A DNA stretch of 64,000 nt, from positions 1 to 64,000 of IMG/VR virus record IMGVR_UViG_3300050821_008386; one strand, given 5' to 3'. Shown here in pieces: positions 1 to 8,946 of the stretch. Origin of the DNA: a virus. The position numbers were made by a program, and so were the translations under genes. The notes under the pieces were generated by a model. The model was not told the origin of the DNA. It was given only the letters and a program-made list of their open reading frames with translations, and searched no databases. How positions within the stretch are numbered: the stretch's first letter is position 1; the number at the start of each line of letters is the position of its first letter.

Positions 1-92
1 GACGGGCTGTGCGTTGCTCACGGAATACGATTGGAACGCGATGCTAGACGTTTAGCCAAAAACCTCATCCAGCGCGCACGGGAGGCGACACG

Positions 93-383
93 ATGAGTGA
101 GTATGAGTTTCATCACCTAGGGTGCGGATGCGGGTGCAATGATTACCTTCGCAACCCGAAAGAGTCCGAGATCGCACGGCAAGAGAAGGCGATCAGGAAG
201 CTGGAAGAATGTAATGAGTATTTAATGGGGCGGGTCTTAGAGAACAATCATCTGATCACCGAACTGGCCACCTACCTTGAAGGAAAACGCCGGGAACGCT
301 ATGACGGCAATGCCTGGATTTCCACTCTAGACGAAGAAGGTGAGGAGCTACTGAAACGCGCACGGGAGGCGATCAACCCATGA
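93..383 (+). CDS. Small phage protein, LITEL/RAREA family
   Basis: ATGA overlaps, GGAGG upstream, C-terminal motifs shared with neighbours. Confidence 0.8.
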   Translation: MSEYEFHHLGCGCGCNDYLRNPKESEIARQEKAIRKLEECNEYLMGRVLENNHLITELATYLEGKRRERYDGNAWISTLDEEGEELLKRAREAINP

Positions 384-565
384 TTCGCTTCATCCGTCGC
401 GCTCTTATCCGATGGTGGAATACTCACCCTATCTGTCGCCGCTACTTCATCAATGGCACTGAAGTCACAGAAGCCGAATGGTATGCCAATGGCGGCCTTG
501 AGGCTGAGGAAGAACTCAATGAGGCAATCAAGGAACTCCAACGTGCACGGGAGGCGACACGATGA
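380..565 (+). CDS. Small phage protein ending RAREATR
   Basis: ATGA overlaps at both ends. Confidence 0.75.
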   Translation: MIRFIRRALIRWWNTHPICRRYFINGTEVTEAEWYANGGLEAEEELNEAIKELQRAREATR

Positions 566-822
566 GGCTACCGGATGACCACCCAATAGTGCTGGAACTG
601 AACAGAGTACATAAGGACGCTAACGCAATAATATTAGCGCGAGACGCCGAGATCGCATGCCTGAAATCCGAAATCGAAGACTGGAAAGAGAATGAGCGCA
701 GGGCCATCCTGCTGATCACTGAACTGGCGGACTGGTTGGAAGACCAGATTGAGCACATGGGACCTGACTTCAAAAAAGCAGAGCAATTGATCCAACGCGC
801 ACGGGAGGCACTAAATGAGTGA
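562..822 (+). CDS. Small phage protein, LITEL/RAREA family
   Basis: DAEIACLK, LITELAD and QRAREA motifs; paralog of 19564..19842. Confidence 0.8.
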   Translation: MRLPDDHPIVLELNRVHKDANAIILARDAEIACLKSEIEDWKENERRAILLITELADWLEDQIEHMGPDFKKAEQLIQRAREALNE

Positions 823-979
823 GACGATTCAAACCGGAGAAATAACGCTAGAAGACCTGCAGTCGGCAGTCGAGTTAGCGTTTAAAGCTGGGTATCGCGG
901 TGGAAAAACCACTCTTTCAGAACATGAAGCGTGGGAATTCTTTTTGAAACAAGTCCCCGAAATCAGGAGGAAAGCATGA
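815..979 (+). CDS. 54-aa hypothetical protein (MSETIQTGEI...), not in ORF track
   Basis: Manual translation; GGAGG upstream; stop overlaps ATG at 976. Confidence 0.7.
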   Translation: MSETIQTGEITLEDLQSAVELAFKAGYRGGKTTLSEHEAWEFFLKQVPEIRRKA

Positions 980-1167
980 GTGAAGAAAGCATGTTGAGCT
1001 ACGCGCAATCTCAGCAACTGGCTGAACGCGACAAGTTTTTTATCAAGTACGGCATCGCTCTTGGACTAGCCGCCAGCGTTACACCGGAACTAGCCGACGA
1101 TTCCAGGATCGATCAGGTTTACCAGAACAGGCTGAGACTGAACAAGAAAAACGGGATCAGGTTATGA
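976..1167 (+). CDS. Hypothetical protein
   Basis: AGGAGG upstream; ATGA overlaps at both ends. Confidence 0.65.
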   Translation: MSEESMLSYAQSQQLAERDKFFIKYGIALGLAASVTPELADDSRIDQVYQNRLRLNKKNGIRL

Positions 1168-1568
1168 GCAGATCCGGGTACATCGACGATTACGATGATG
1201 ACTTTCTGGCCCTGTACAGGTGGCGGGGTCAGGTGGCGAGCGCTATTCGCGGTAAACGCGGACAAAAGCTGTTAAAAGATTTGCTGTCCGCTTTGGATGC
1301 CATGCCTGAAAAAGTTCTGATAGCTAATGAGTTGGAGGCGAACGATGGCGGCGTCTGTGCTCTGGGCGCAGTCGGAAAAGCGCGCGGTATCGACATGACA
1401 GGCGTCGATCCTCAAGAATTCGAGGTAGTGGCACCTCTATTCGATATCGCAGAACCGTTAGCCAGAGAAATCGCTTACGAAAACGATGAATGCGGCACGT
1501 ATCGTGAAACGCCAGAGCAAAGGTTCGTGCGGGTTCGAAAATGGGTCGTCTCCCAGATCAAAGAATGA
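1164..1568 (+). CDS. Conserved phage hypothetical protein (MSRSGY..WRGQVASAIRGKRGQ type)
   Basis: Recognisable phage family N-terminus; translationally coupled. Confidence 0.8.
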   Translation: MSRSGYIDDYDDDFLALYRWRGQVASAIRGKRGQKLLKDLLSALDAMPEKVLIANELEANDGGVCALGAVGKARGIDMTGVDPQEFEVVAPLFDIAEPLAREIAYENDECGTYRETPEQRFVRVRKWVVSQIKE

Positions 1569-1786
1569 AGGCTAAAGGTCACGGCTTCAAGGTGGGCGAC
1601 TTGGTTGAGGAAAAGGGCCATTACGGCATCGTCATCCGAACCAACTCTTCCGAGATCATCGTCTATTGGCAGGATGTGGAGTGCGGGTGGGACACTGATC
1701 CGATGACCGTCCGATTCGTCGCGCATATTCCCGGCCTGAAAAACCTCGACCGCATGACCGAATCTTATCTCGCAAAGAACACATGA
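1565..1786 (+). CDS. Small SH3/KOW-like hypothetical protein
   Basis: FKVGDLV..GIV motif; ATGA overlap. Confidence 0.6.
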   Translation: MKAKGHGFKVGDLVEEKGHYGIVIRTNSSEIIVYWQDVECGWDTDPMTVRFVAHIPGLKNLDRMTESYLAKNT

Positions 1787-1950
1787 GGCTCCCAAAAGAC
1801 ATCTGGGTGATGCTTGAACGGATCGACGATTATCGGGACAGGGTGCGCCGCGGGGTGATCTCTGGCGATCGACGAACACTGTTTGCCGATCTGGCTGAAC
1901 TCTCAGAAATCTGCCGGCGACTTTATAACCGGCTGCTACCCCCGAAATGA
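1783..1950 (+). CDS. 55-aa hypothetical protein (MRLPKDIW...)
   Basis: Manual translation; ATGA overlap. Confidence 0.55.
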   Translation: MRLPKDIWVMLERIDDYRDRVRRGVISGDRRTLFADLAELSEICRRLYNRLLPPK

Positions 1951-2086
1951 AGCCATGTCGATTTTTTAAGGAAAAGCGACGTGGCTTTATTAACCATAAC
2001 ACGGAGAAAACCGTATCAGAAAACTACACACGTCTAAAGAACGTTAAACACTGAGCAGTTGTGGCAAAGTCAGAGACGAACCGGTC

Positions 2087-2284
2087 ATGGGCACTCGGGA
2101 AAAGCCCGACCACGAATTTACTTCTACCCCCGAAATGAAAACCAAACAACCGACCTTAAAACTTTGTACCGTTGCCGGATGCCCGTTACCGCATCAGGGC
2201 GGTGGGATGTGTTCCAAACATTATTATCTCGCGCACCGGGACCGGATCAACGAGCGCAAACGATTGAAGAAAGTGGCAAAATGA
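2087..2284 (+). CDS. Small C3H zinc-finger protein
   Basis: CTVAGC..GMCSKHY motif; stop overlaps next ATG. Confidence 0.6.
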   Translation: MGTREKPDHEFTSTPEMKTKQPTLKLCTVAGCPLPHQGGGMCSKHYYLAHRDRINERKRLKKVAK

Positions 2285-3015
2285 GCACCAAATGGATCGT
2301 CTTCAGCGTCGGGAGCCAGTTCGGAGGTGTCGGTAAAACCACCGCCAGCGTTCAGGTTGCGGAATATCTCCGGTCGCTCGGAATGAAGATTGCCGTGGTC
2401 GACGCTGATCAAGGCAAATGGGGGATGCCATCCAGTTTCAGTTACTTTTTTGGCGGCCAGGCGCGCCGGTTAAACATCCAGAGTCAACAAGACCTCGACG
2501 GACTCCTCGAGATGACCGCCGAAAGCGAAGCAGACGCGGTGATCTGCGATGCCCCGGCTAACGCTGGGGCGAGTTTAAGCAGTTGGTGGCATGATGTGGC
2601 TACCAAAGAGACTTTGGACGCCATTGGCCTCTCGCTCGTGGTCTTAGGATCGGTCACGCCGTTACCAGGATCGGCGCAGACGGTCTTTAAATCGATAAAT
2701 GATCTAGGCGACCGGGCCACCTATCTGATCGCCTTAAATCGAATCACGCTGCAAAGCGCCGAGGGCGATCCGAAAGAAATCTTTCCAGATTGGTTCAGTG
2801 CCGATACCTCGGGCCTCGACCTCAAAACGTTCGAGATCCCTCATGTCCAGAGTTTTGCCATGACCAAGTTTGTTGATGCCGGCAAATTGCCGTCCAAACT
2901 GAACGGCGAAGTAACCTTTCTCATCAAAAGCCGGATAGCGATCTGGACCGAACGGATCCAAGCTAATCTCGCCGCCACCGGGTTATTCGAGCGCAGTGGC
3001 AAAACTCTGAAATAA
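2281..3015 (+). CDS. ParA/MinD-family ATPase (VirC1/MobD-like)
   Basis: GGVGKTT Walker A, VVDADQG, ICDAPA; start set at ATGA overlap. Confidence 0.8.
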   Translation: MSTKWIVFSVGSQFGGVGKTTASVQVAEYLRSLGMKIAVVDADQGKWGMPSSFSYFFGGQARRLNIQSQQDLDGLLEMTAESEADAVICDAPANAGASLSSWWHDVATKETLDAIGLSLVVLGSVTPLPGSAQTVFKSINDLGDRATYLIALNRITLQSAEGDPKEIFPDWFSADTSGLDLKTFEIPHVQSFAMTKFVDAGKLPSKLNGEVTFLIKSRIAIWTERIQANLAATGLFERSGKTLK

Positions 3016-3020
3016 GCTAT

Positions 3021-3263
3021 TCACCGGGCGCGGGCGTGGTCCCGCGCTTTTCTGCTGACCTGCATCATCAAGGCCCGCGTGTTTGAACTCGGGATCTTGC
3101 ACGAGAGTCCGTCGATTTCGGCCGCGATTTCCCACAACTGGTTGCGAAGGAAGGCAACCCATTCTTCAGCGGTTTCTGGCCCTTCCTGCTCTACCGGAGG
3201 CTCAAAGCCTCCGGCGTATTCGTCCCGGTCGCTCCGGGTCTTCCACGTGTCGTAAAAGCTCAT
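3021..3263 (-). CDS. Phage hypothetical protein (YDTWKT N-terminus)
   Basis: Coupled to upstream stop. Confidence 0.6.
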   Translation of the reverse strand: MSFYDTWKTRSDRDEYAGGFEPPVEQEGPETAEEWVAFLRNQLWEIAAEIDGLSCKIPSSNTRALMMQVSRKARDHARAR

Positions 3264-4453
3264 TAGAATTGGTACCTCGCGCCGATGGTTCCCTGATTAA
3301 TCTGGAAGTCCCCATTCGCCTCGATATCCCATCCCGCATAGATCGTCCATTTAGGTGAGACGATGAAATTAGCTCCTGCGCCTGCCCAGACACCGTTTTT
3401 CCGAATCGGATCGTTGTTGTCCGAGGTGGAGAACTGGCGCTGAAACATCAATTGGCACCAAGGCTGTATCCGGCCACGGACATAAGCTACTCTTCCGCCG
3501 ATGCGGACCTGCTCGACGTTGCCACGGCCAAATCCTTCATCCACGGTCACATCATCGAATTGCCCGACCGCCACAGGCCCAAAGATGAAAGCGCCCGCGT
3601 GAAAATCGTATCCAGCACCCCCATAAAGCGTGTATTCGTTGGGACCTAGTAGCGTCCCGGCGACGCCCCACCAATGGTTTTGGTAGAACGCCGTATAGAG
3701 TCCTCCTTGCGCTACGGATAATCCGGAATGACCATTGACATAGCCTAAGCGCATGTCGGCACCCACGATCCAATGCGGGGTAACCCGGTAATCGATCCCA
3801 AACGAACCTTGATAAAGGTTGTGACCGTCACCGAAATAATCGAATCCGCCCCACATTCCCCATCGATCTAACGAATGGACTTCTGTCGGGTCAGGCGTGA
3901 TGATCTGTTTACCGTCTTTCGAATATCCGCCTTCTCCTGGCACCACCGTGGTGGTTTCAGGCGCTTCCTGCATGGCGAAATCCCGCAGATTATTGATCGC
4001 CATAGTCTGATCTTCTGGATGCAGATAATGATGATCAATCACGACCTTTGGGGTCGGAGACGGTGACGGACTCGCTACGGGTGTCGGTACAGGTGTAGGC
4101 GCCGTCCGAGGAGTCGAAACCGGAGTAGCCGCAGGTGTAGGCTTCTGCACCGGAGTGGGAGAAGCCTTTGGAGTAGGGCTAGGGGACGCCGCAGGTGTGG
4201 GTACAGGAGTTGGAATATGCGGAGTTGGAGTAGGTGTAGCACTTGGTCGAGGGGATGGTGTAGGCGTTGAATGTTGCGTCGGTGACGGACTGGGTGTCGG
4301 TCTGGGAGTTGGAGTAGGTCTAGGGGAGGGACTCGGGGTCGGTGTGCAATAAGGTGTTGGCGTCGGCGTACAATACGGTGTCGGGCACGGGCAATTGACC
4401 GGACCAGCAAAAGAGGCAGACGCAAACAGGAACAAAGGCAAAAAGAGTTTCAT
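3263..4453 (-). CDS. Outer-membrane beta-barrel protein, autotransporter-like, with Pro/Thr stalk
   Basis: Signal peptide ending ASFA, PT repeats, amphipathic strands (GIDYRVTPHWIVG), terminal YQF. Confidence 0.8.
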   Translation of the reverse strand: MKLFLPLFLFASASFAGPVNCPCPTPYCTPTPTPYCTPTPSPSPRPTPTPRPTPSPSPTQHSTPTPSPRPSATPTPTPHIPTPVPTPAASPSPTPKASPTPVQKPTPAATPVSTPRTAPTPVPTPVASPSPSPTPKVVIDHHYLHPEDQTMAINNLRDFAMQEAPETTTVVPGEGGYSKDGKQIITPDPTEVHSLDRWGMWGGFDYFGDGHNLYQGSFGIDYRVTPHWIVGADMRLGYVNGHSGLSVAQGGLYTAFYQNHWWGVAGTLLGPNEYTLYGGAGYDFHAGAFIFGPVAVGQFDDVTVDEGFGRGNVEQVRIGGRVAYVRGRIQPWCQLMFQRQFSTSDNNDPIRKNGVWAGAGANFIVSPKWTIYAGWDIEANGDFQINQGTIGARYQF

Positions 4454-4635
4454 TCGGGGCTTGTATTATATCAAATTGCAATGCTTGTCAGTAGCTTAAT
4501 GCGAACGCCAGCATCTTTTATTTCTCCTGACGTTCTCCTGACGTTCCAGTGACCGCTGGTCCGCAAGTTTCGCGGACCAGATCAGGCTAAGAATGAAGAT
4601 TCCTTCAAGGACAACGTATCCGAGAAAGAGGAGAA

Positions 4636-4857
4636 TCACTTGATCGCCCCCAGTCTTTCAAGGAGCAGGAGCAATACCTCGGACTCCCTTTTGAGTTCGT
4701 TGTATTCATCCTGAGATTGTTCGTCCGCTCTTACTTCCTCGATCAGGTCCCGGTTGTTGGAGAGGAGATTATCGATCAATGCGGAAAGCGTGGAGATTTG
4801 CTCGTCGCCCGCTTCACCTGCGTCGAATCGCAACGCACGATCTGTGGAAGCACTCAC
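4636..4857 (-). CDS. Hypothetical protein
   Basis: GTGA overlap, GGAGG upstream. Confidence 0.6.
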   Translation of the reverse strand: MSASTDRALRFDAGEAGDEQISTLSALIDNLLSNNRDLIEEVRADEQSQDEYNELKRESEVLLLLLERLGAIK

Positions 4858-5066
4858 GCGTTCACCTCCTGTCCTTCATCGAACGCTGCGGTGGTTACGA
4901 TGGCGACCGCTTTGTCTCGCGCCTCCGCTTTGCTGCCGAGGACTAGCGGATTTTCGTCAGGGCCGAACAGGGGGCTATCGCCAATCCACGGTGTCCAGTG
5001 GCACACGTCGGTGTTGGTGAAGCTAATCTTTTTGCCGAAGCAATAAATGATGTTTGGGATGCTCAT
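4854..5066 (-). CDS. Hypothetical protein
   Basis: ORF in minus-strand early operon. Confidence 0.6.
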   Translation of the reverse strand: MSIPNIIYCFGKKISFTNTDVCHWTPWIGDSPLFGPDENPLVLGSKAEARDKAVAIVTTAAFDEGQEVNA

Positions 5067-5098
5067 TATCCAGGGGAAAGGTTAAAGGTTTCGGTTTT

Positions 5099-5494
5099 TT
5101 AGACCGTGTGGAGTTTGGCGGCGACCGCAGACGCTTGGAACTTGAAGACTCGCCCATCCAACGCTTTCGCTAGGACCGGGAGTTTCGGTGAATTAGGTTT
5201 CAAACCACAGACTTTGAAGACCTGCCCGTTGGATCTGAATTCCTTGCCGAAATCTTCAGGACTCAAGCCAAACATTTCGCTGTAACGTTTGAAGTCTTCG
5301 ACCTCGCGAGTGATTGCCGTACCGTCTTCGGAAACGACCGAAAACTCGATCTTAGGATTGAATGTGTTAGAGGTGAACGATCCACCTTTGTACTTCACTT
5401 CGACGCCGTATTTGGCGCAGACATCAGCTAGTGCCGCTTCAGTTGCTTTAGCGATTTCGCGTGCGACGACTTTATCAAATGCAGTAATTTTCAT
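5099..5494 (-). CDS. Phage hypothetical protein
   Basis: Clean ORF just downstream of promoter 5527-5555. Confidence 0.75.
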   Translation of the reverse strand: MKITAFDKVVAREIAKATEAALADVCAKYGVEVKYKGGSFTSNTFNPKIEFSVVSEDGTAITREVEDFKRYSEMFGLSPEDFGKEFRSNGQVFKVCGLKPNSPKLPVLAKALDGRVFKFQASAVAAKLHTV

Positions 5495-5526
5495 TTTTAT
5501 TCGAGGGGTGTTTGGTTTACGCGTTC

Positions 5527-5555
5527 AGATTAGATCTGATATTTATTTTAGTCAA
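5527..5555 (-). promoter_or_regulatory. Sigma70-type promoter TTGACT-17-TAATCT
   Basis: One of four sharing TTG(A/G)CTAAAATAA. Confidence 0.75.
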
Positions 5556-5563
5556 GTTACAAT

Positions 5564-5812
5564 TTAAAGGGTTGAGGTGATTTCTTCCACTTGAGTGCCG
5601 TACGGTTGGATGGTCGCTAGAAAGAAGAGGCTGTCACGCAGTGTGTAGGCGTCTTTTTCCGTCATGTGAATGACGTTATGACCTTGACGAACGGTCACGT
5701 GCCGATTGCCGCGACCGGGACCGCGCGTCTCGAAACGCACGGTGATATTATTATTGGCAACAAAAAGCTCAGACACCGAAACATCTGAGCTTTTGATCTG
5801 CTTCTTTCGCAT
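5564..5812 (-). CDS. Hypothetical protein, probably leaderless
   Basis: ATG 5 nt after the -10 box. Confidence 0.65.
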   Translation of the reverse strand: MRKKQIKSSDVSVSELFVANNNITVRFETRGPGRGNRHVTVRQGHNVIHMTEKDAYTLRDSLFFLATIQPYGTQVEEITSTL

Positions 5813-5817
5813 GACTA

Positions 5818-5846
5818 AAACTAGAGCGCATCTTTATTTTAGTCAA
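5818..5846 (-). promoter_or_regulatory. Promoter TTGACT-17-TAGTTT
   Basis: Repeated promoter motif. Confidence 0.72.
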
Positions 5847-5882
5847 GCGGAAGAATACTATTATTTGCGTTTCCTCGGTGGG

Positions 5883-6080
5883 TTAAGATCCGCTTTCGCG
5901 AACTTCCCCTTCGGTTGTAATCGGGAGGCTGGGGCTTTGCTCTTCACTGCTGGTTTGGCTGTTGGTTTCATAAGAGGTGTCTTTCCGGGCTTTCCTGACC
6001 GTCAGGACAAGTCCGGTCATGCTCAAGAAAAATCCTGCCGCCGAGAGGATCAAAGCAAACACCAGTTGGTACGCATTCAT
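5883..6080 (-). CDS. Small single-pass membrane protein
   Basis: N-terminal hydrophobic helix. Confidence 0.55.
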   Translation of the reverse strand: MNAYQLVFALILSAAGFFLSMTGLVLTVRKARKDTSYETNSQTSSEEQSPSLPITTEGEVRESGS

Positions 6081-6644
6081 TCGGTTTGCTCAAATCGGCA
6101 GAGGTGGCGGCGAGTTTAGGAAATCGTTATCCGGGCCTGGCGCTGCTCGGTTTTATCCAGAATCTTGAGAAGATCTTCGGCGCGCCGTTGGCCGGGGACG
6201 CGGTCACCGTCGCCGTCCGCCGCACGGATGAGGTATTCCCGTACTTTGTACAGGAGCCGTTCGGGAACCTCGCCTTTATAAATGCTGCCGCTCCAGCCCA
6301 CCGCTGACGCGATGCACTCTCTCAGTTCTCGCTCAATCCGCTTGGCCTCTTCGCGATCCATGGCGGTCTTGAAGAAGTAGACTTCATTGTCGAAATATTC
6401 GCTGATCTCTTCGAATGTCTGTTCAGGGATTTTCACGGTTTTCTCCTTTTGATCTCCAACCGGACCACGTGGAGACATCCCGCCACTTCGAGCAGGATAT
6501 CCATCAGGTTCAAATGATTGCACTTCGGCAACCGGGTGGGGTGGATCAGAAATAACTGGAGGTTTCTCTCCCAAAGTTTCAGATCGACCGCCGAGGCGTC
6601 TTTCAGGTCCAGAAGGTTCATATGGATTCTTCCTCATTGAAACC

Positions 6645-6935
6645 TTACTCCAGAACGAACTGAAGAGCGTTAATGAATGATCCCTGCTCACGCCGCACCA
6701 CGCACCCGCGCATGGTGTTGAAGGATTTAAATAATCCGCCGCCAGCAATGATCGAGCAACGACCGGGACCGAATTTGTGAGTGGCCACCTGGACCACCTT
6801 GACCTCAACACCGTCCGAGGACATGAGTATCTTGCCTTCCCGCGTCCCACAGAAGGAGAGCGCGAGGTACGTGTGAAGGAAGTCGCGTTTCAGCGCTTCG
6901 ATCACCTCCTGATTTTCGTGTGTGATTGTTTTCAT
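6645..6935 (-). CDS. Hypothetical protein
   Basis: Downstream of promoter 6963-6991. Confidence 0.6.
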   Translation of the reverse strand: MKTITHENQEVIEALKRDFLHTYLALSFCGTREGKILMSSDGVEVKVVQVATHKFGPGRCSIIAGGGLFKSFNTMRGCVVRREQGSFINALQFVLE

Positions 6936-6962
6936 TTTTGTTCGGGGTTTTCTTCTGAAGGG

Positions 6963-6991
6963 AACGTACTCTAGGTACTTATTTTAGCCAA
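6963..6991 (-). promoter_or_regulatory. Promoter TTGGCT-17-TACGTT
   Basis: Variant of repeated promoter motif. Confidence 0.6.
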
Positions 6992-6998
6992 TTTTCTA

Positions 6999-7460
6999 TT
7001 AATCCCATTCCACCTTAAAATCTTTCTTCAGCTTGGCGCGGATCGCGGCATCGACGAACTCGCCCTGTTTACGGTCTTCGACGTGTTGCCGCACCAAACG
7101 AGCCGTGTTGATACTGACCGAATAAGGGACGCTGGTTCGTAAAAAAACGTATGGGCGCCCTCTTTCACCAGTCCGCCCATTGACGTCTTCGTTGGGGTAA
7201 AGCACTTCGTCGTTCACCACGATCTTCTCCGTGAACACGCTCAAGGGAACGTTGGTCATGGCCCGCTTAGCCGCTTCGACGTTGGTCCTGGCATTGACCG
7301 TCTTATGGAACGTCTCTCCTTTACTTCCGTGGATCGTCACCAAGAATTTCTCTCGTTTGGTCGGAGGGATGTTGTGGCCCTTGATGAACCGTTTAGGGCG
7401 ACCACGCGGATTCGGTTCCACGGCGCCGCCGCATCCGCAGGCGCAGAGTTGGTCACTCAC
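6999..7460 (-). CDS. Putative DNA-binding protein
   Basis: CACGCG..RGRPKRFIKGHN N-terminus; possible RHH-like C-terminus. Confidence 0.6.
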   Translation of the reverse strand: MSDQLCACGCGGAVEPNPRGRPKRFIKGHNIPPTKREKFLVTIHGSKGETFHKTVNARTNVEAAKRAMTNVPLSVFTEKIVVNDEVLYPNEDVNGRTGERGRPYVFLRTSVPYSVSINTARLVRQHVEDRKQGEFVDAAIRAKLKKDFKVEWD

Positions 7461-7959
7461 TTCGGTTTTCCTCCTTCGATCCTCTTAACGTTCTCATAAC
7501 ACGTCTTGCACAACCAGACTTTGACCAGCCTGTCCGCTGAGTAGTCCAGTAACTCCATTGTCTCGACGTTGTAGCATCCGTGGCAGGACTCGCACTCTTC
7601 GCTGATCAGTTCGGTCATGCAACCCCCTTCTGATATTCATCCCATGCCGACTCGCAGTCGATATCTGTAGCTATTCCGTATTCAAACCCGGCCATAAACG
7701 CTTTCTTCACTTCATAAGTGCAGTTGTGCAGAGAAATCTGAAGTTCGGCTATTTGCGCGTTCTTCTTCAGTAATAGTTCTGACAGTTCTTCGAACATGAT
7801 ATTACAGGTATCGTACCTGATATGTGAGGTTTCTGAGGATGGAGGCATTGACAAACATTTCTGTTTTGGGCTATCTAAATAGATCGGTTCTCCAAACCTT
7901 TTCGTTCAAGAAAAGGTTCCTACGCAAGTCGATACCCATTGGGGGTGAACTCGCATGGG

Positions 7960-8256
7960 TCATGGCCTGATGCTTCTAACAAAACGATCCACCGACGCCC
8001 GAGCTTCATCAGCATCCTCGATCATCTTTTCCAGTGATTGAGCGCCGCCGACCTTCCTGAACAAGGCGTACGTTTCATCCCGGCTTTCTGCCGCCAACTC
8101 AGCGCCTCTTTTGGCGAGATGGACGTTACAGGCCGATCGGTGATCCGCGATGATCCGATCCGCGAGGCACGACCAGATCTTGCGAAGTTCGTGCGGTTCC
8201 AAGTCGGTTATGTTCATACGATTGGTTGTTTGCGAGTCCATTTCGATCCATCGCAA
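7960..8256 (-). CDS. Hypothetical protein (start uncertain)
   Basis: ORF in minus-strand early operon. Confidence 0.5.
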   Translation of the reverse strand: MRWIEMDSQTTNRMNITDLEPHELRKIWSCLADRIIADHRSACNVHLAKRGAELAAESRDETYALFRKVGGAQSLEKMIEDADEARASVDRFVRSIRP

Positions 8257-8277
8257 TCTTTTCTTGGTCGGATGCCA

Positions 8278-8460
8278 TTATTCGTTCTCTTCCGTTCCTA
8301 GATGGCTGTCGTCTTGATCATCGCAAGCAGCTCGCCACGGCCCATAGCCTAAGTCTTCCAACAACTCCGCGAGAGCCGGATCTCCGAGTATTATCTTCGT
8401 GAACTGCTCTTCATTTGCGTTACTGAGACGCAGCGTCGCTGACGTAGTAGGTGTTTTCAT
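8278..8460 (-). CDS. Hypothetical protein, probably leaderless
   Basis: ATG 6 nt after the -10 box. Confidence 0.6.
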   Translation of the reverse strand: MKTPTTSATLRLSNANEEQFTKIILGDPALAELLEDLGYGPWRAACDDQDDSHLGTEENE

Positions 8461-8466
8461 GAGATA

Positions 8467-8494
8467 AACCTACCCGCGTATTTATTTTAGTCAA
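8467..8494 (-). promoter_or_regulatory. Promoter TTGACT-16-TAGGTT
   Basis: Repeated promoter motif at strand switch. Confidence 0.68.
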
Positions 8495-8588
8495 GCGACT
8501 ATTTTAAGTGAATGATGCGTGCGCTTGCATTTTCTTTCGGAAGGCATTAAGACGGGGGAAATGAGCGATTTATCTATGGATAGCCCCT

Positions 8589-8618
8589 CCGGGGTTCGAG
8601 TCCCCGGCAGATCCACTA
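8589..8618 (+). other. tRNA/tmRNA-like 3' fragment (T-arm plus acceptor strand)
   Basis: CCGGGG-TTCGAGT-CCCCGG-CAGATCC-A-CTA; no matching 5' half seen. Confidence 0.45.
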
Positions 8619-8739
8619 AAATTAAATGCCGACTCCGGCGGTGCGTGTGGTGCATGAAATGGTTCTGTACCTTCGACAAGACTGGATCCGATCGTTTCTG
8701 CTCACAGGATTGTTCTGGAAGAGCGTGGACTTGGAGATA

Positions 8740-8946
8740 ATGAGCGAAGAACTGAGAAGTGATTGTTTCGGGTACGGCGTGGTCTGCACGGTCTGTGGGC
8801 GGACCAAAGCGCCGGTTGGCAGATCGGTCCCGGTCGAACTGTGCATGTGCGATCACGATTGCGCAGGCTACGATCAGGAACCGCTTCCTTCGCACCTCTG
8901 GCCTAGAGAATCTGAGGCGGATTTCGGATATAAGGTGCCGCGATGA
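8740..8946 (+). CDS. Small Cys-rich phage protein
   Basis: CTVCGRTK, CDHDC; GGAG upstream of ATG 8740. Confidence 0.6.
   Translation: MSEELRSDCFGYGVVCTVCGRTKAPVGRSVPVELCMCDHDCAGYDQEPLPSHLWPRESEADFGYKVPR

Larger units (their letters stand above)
70..818 (+). repeat. Four copies of gene-boundary motif CG(C/T)GCACGGGAGGC..ATGA (70-96, 355-383, 540-565, 793-818)
   Basis: Direct repeats read in the sequence; each encodes RAREA, contains GGAGG and precedes the next ATG. Confidence 0.92.

Noticed and set aside
70-818. RAREAT repeats as a CRISPR array or integron attC sites
   Set aside because: Intervals are 170-290 nt protein-coding genes, repeats are not palindromic, and no cas operon or integron integrase is seen
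4522-4547. Tandem TTCTCCTGACG repeat
   Set aside because: Only two and a bit copies and no recurrence noticed; not enough for a call
8540-8620. Complete tRNA gene
   Set aside because: Only a T-arm and 3' acceptor strand; no D-arm, anticodon arm or pairing 5' strand found
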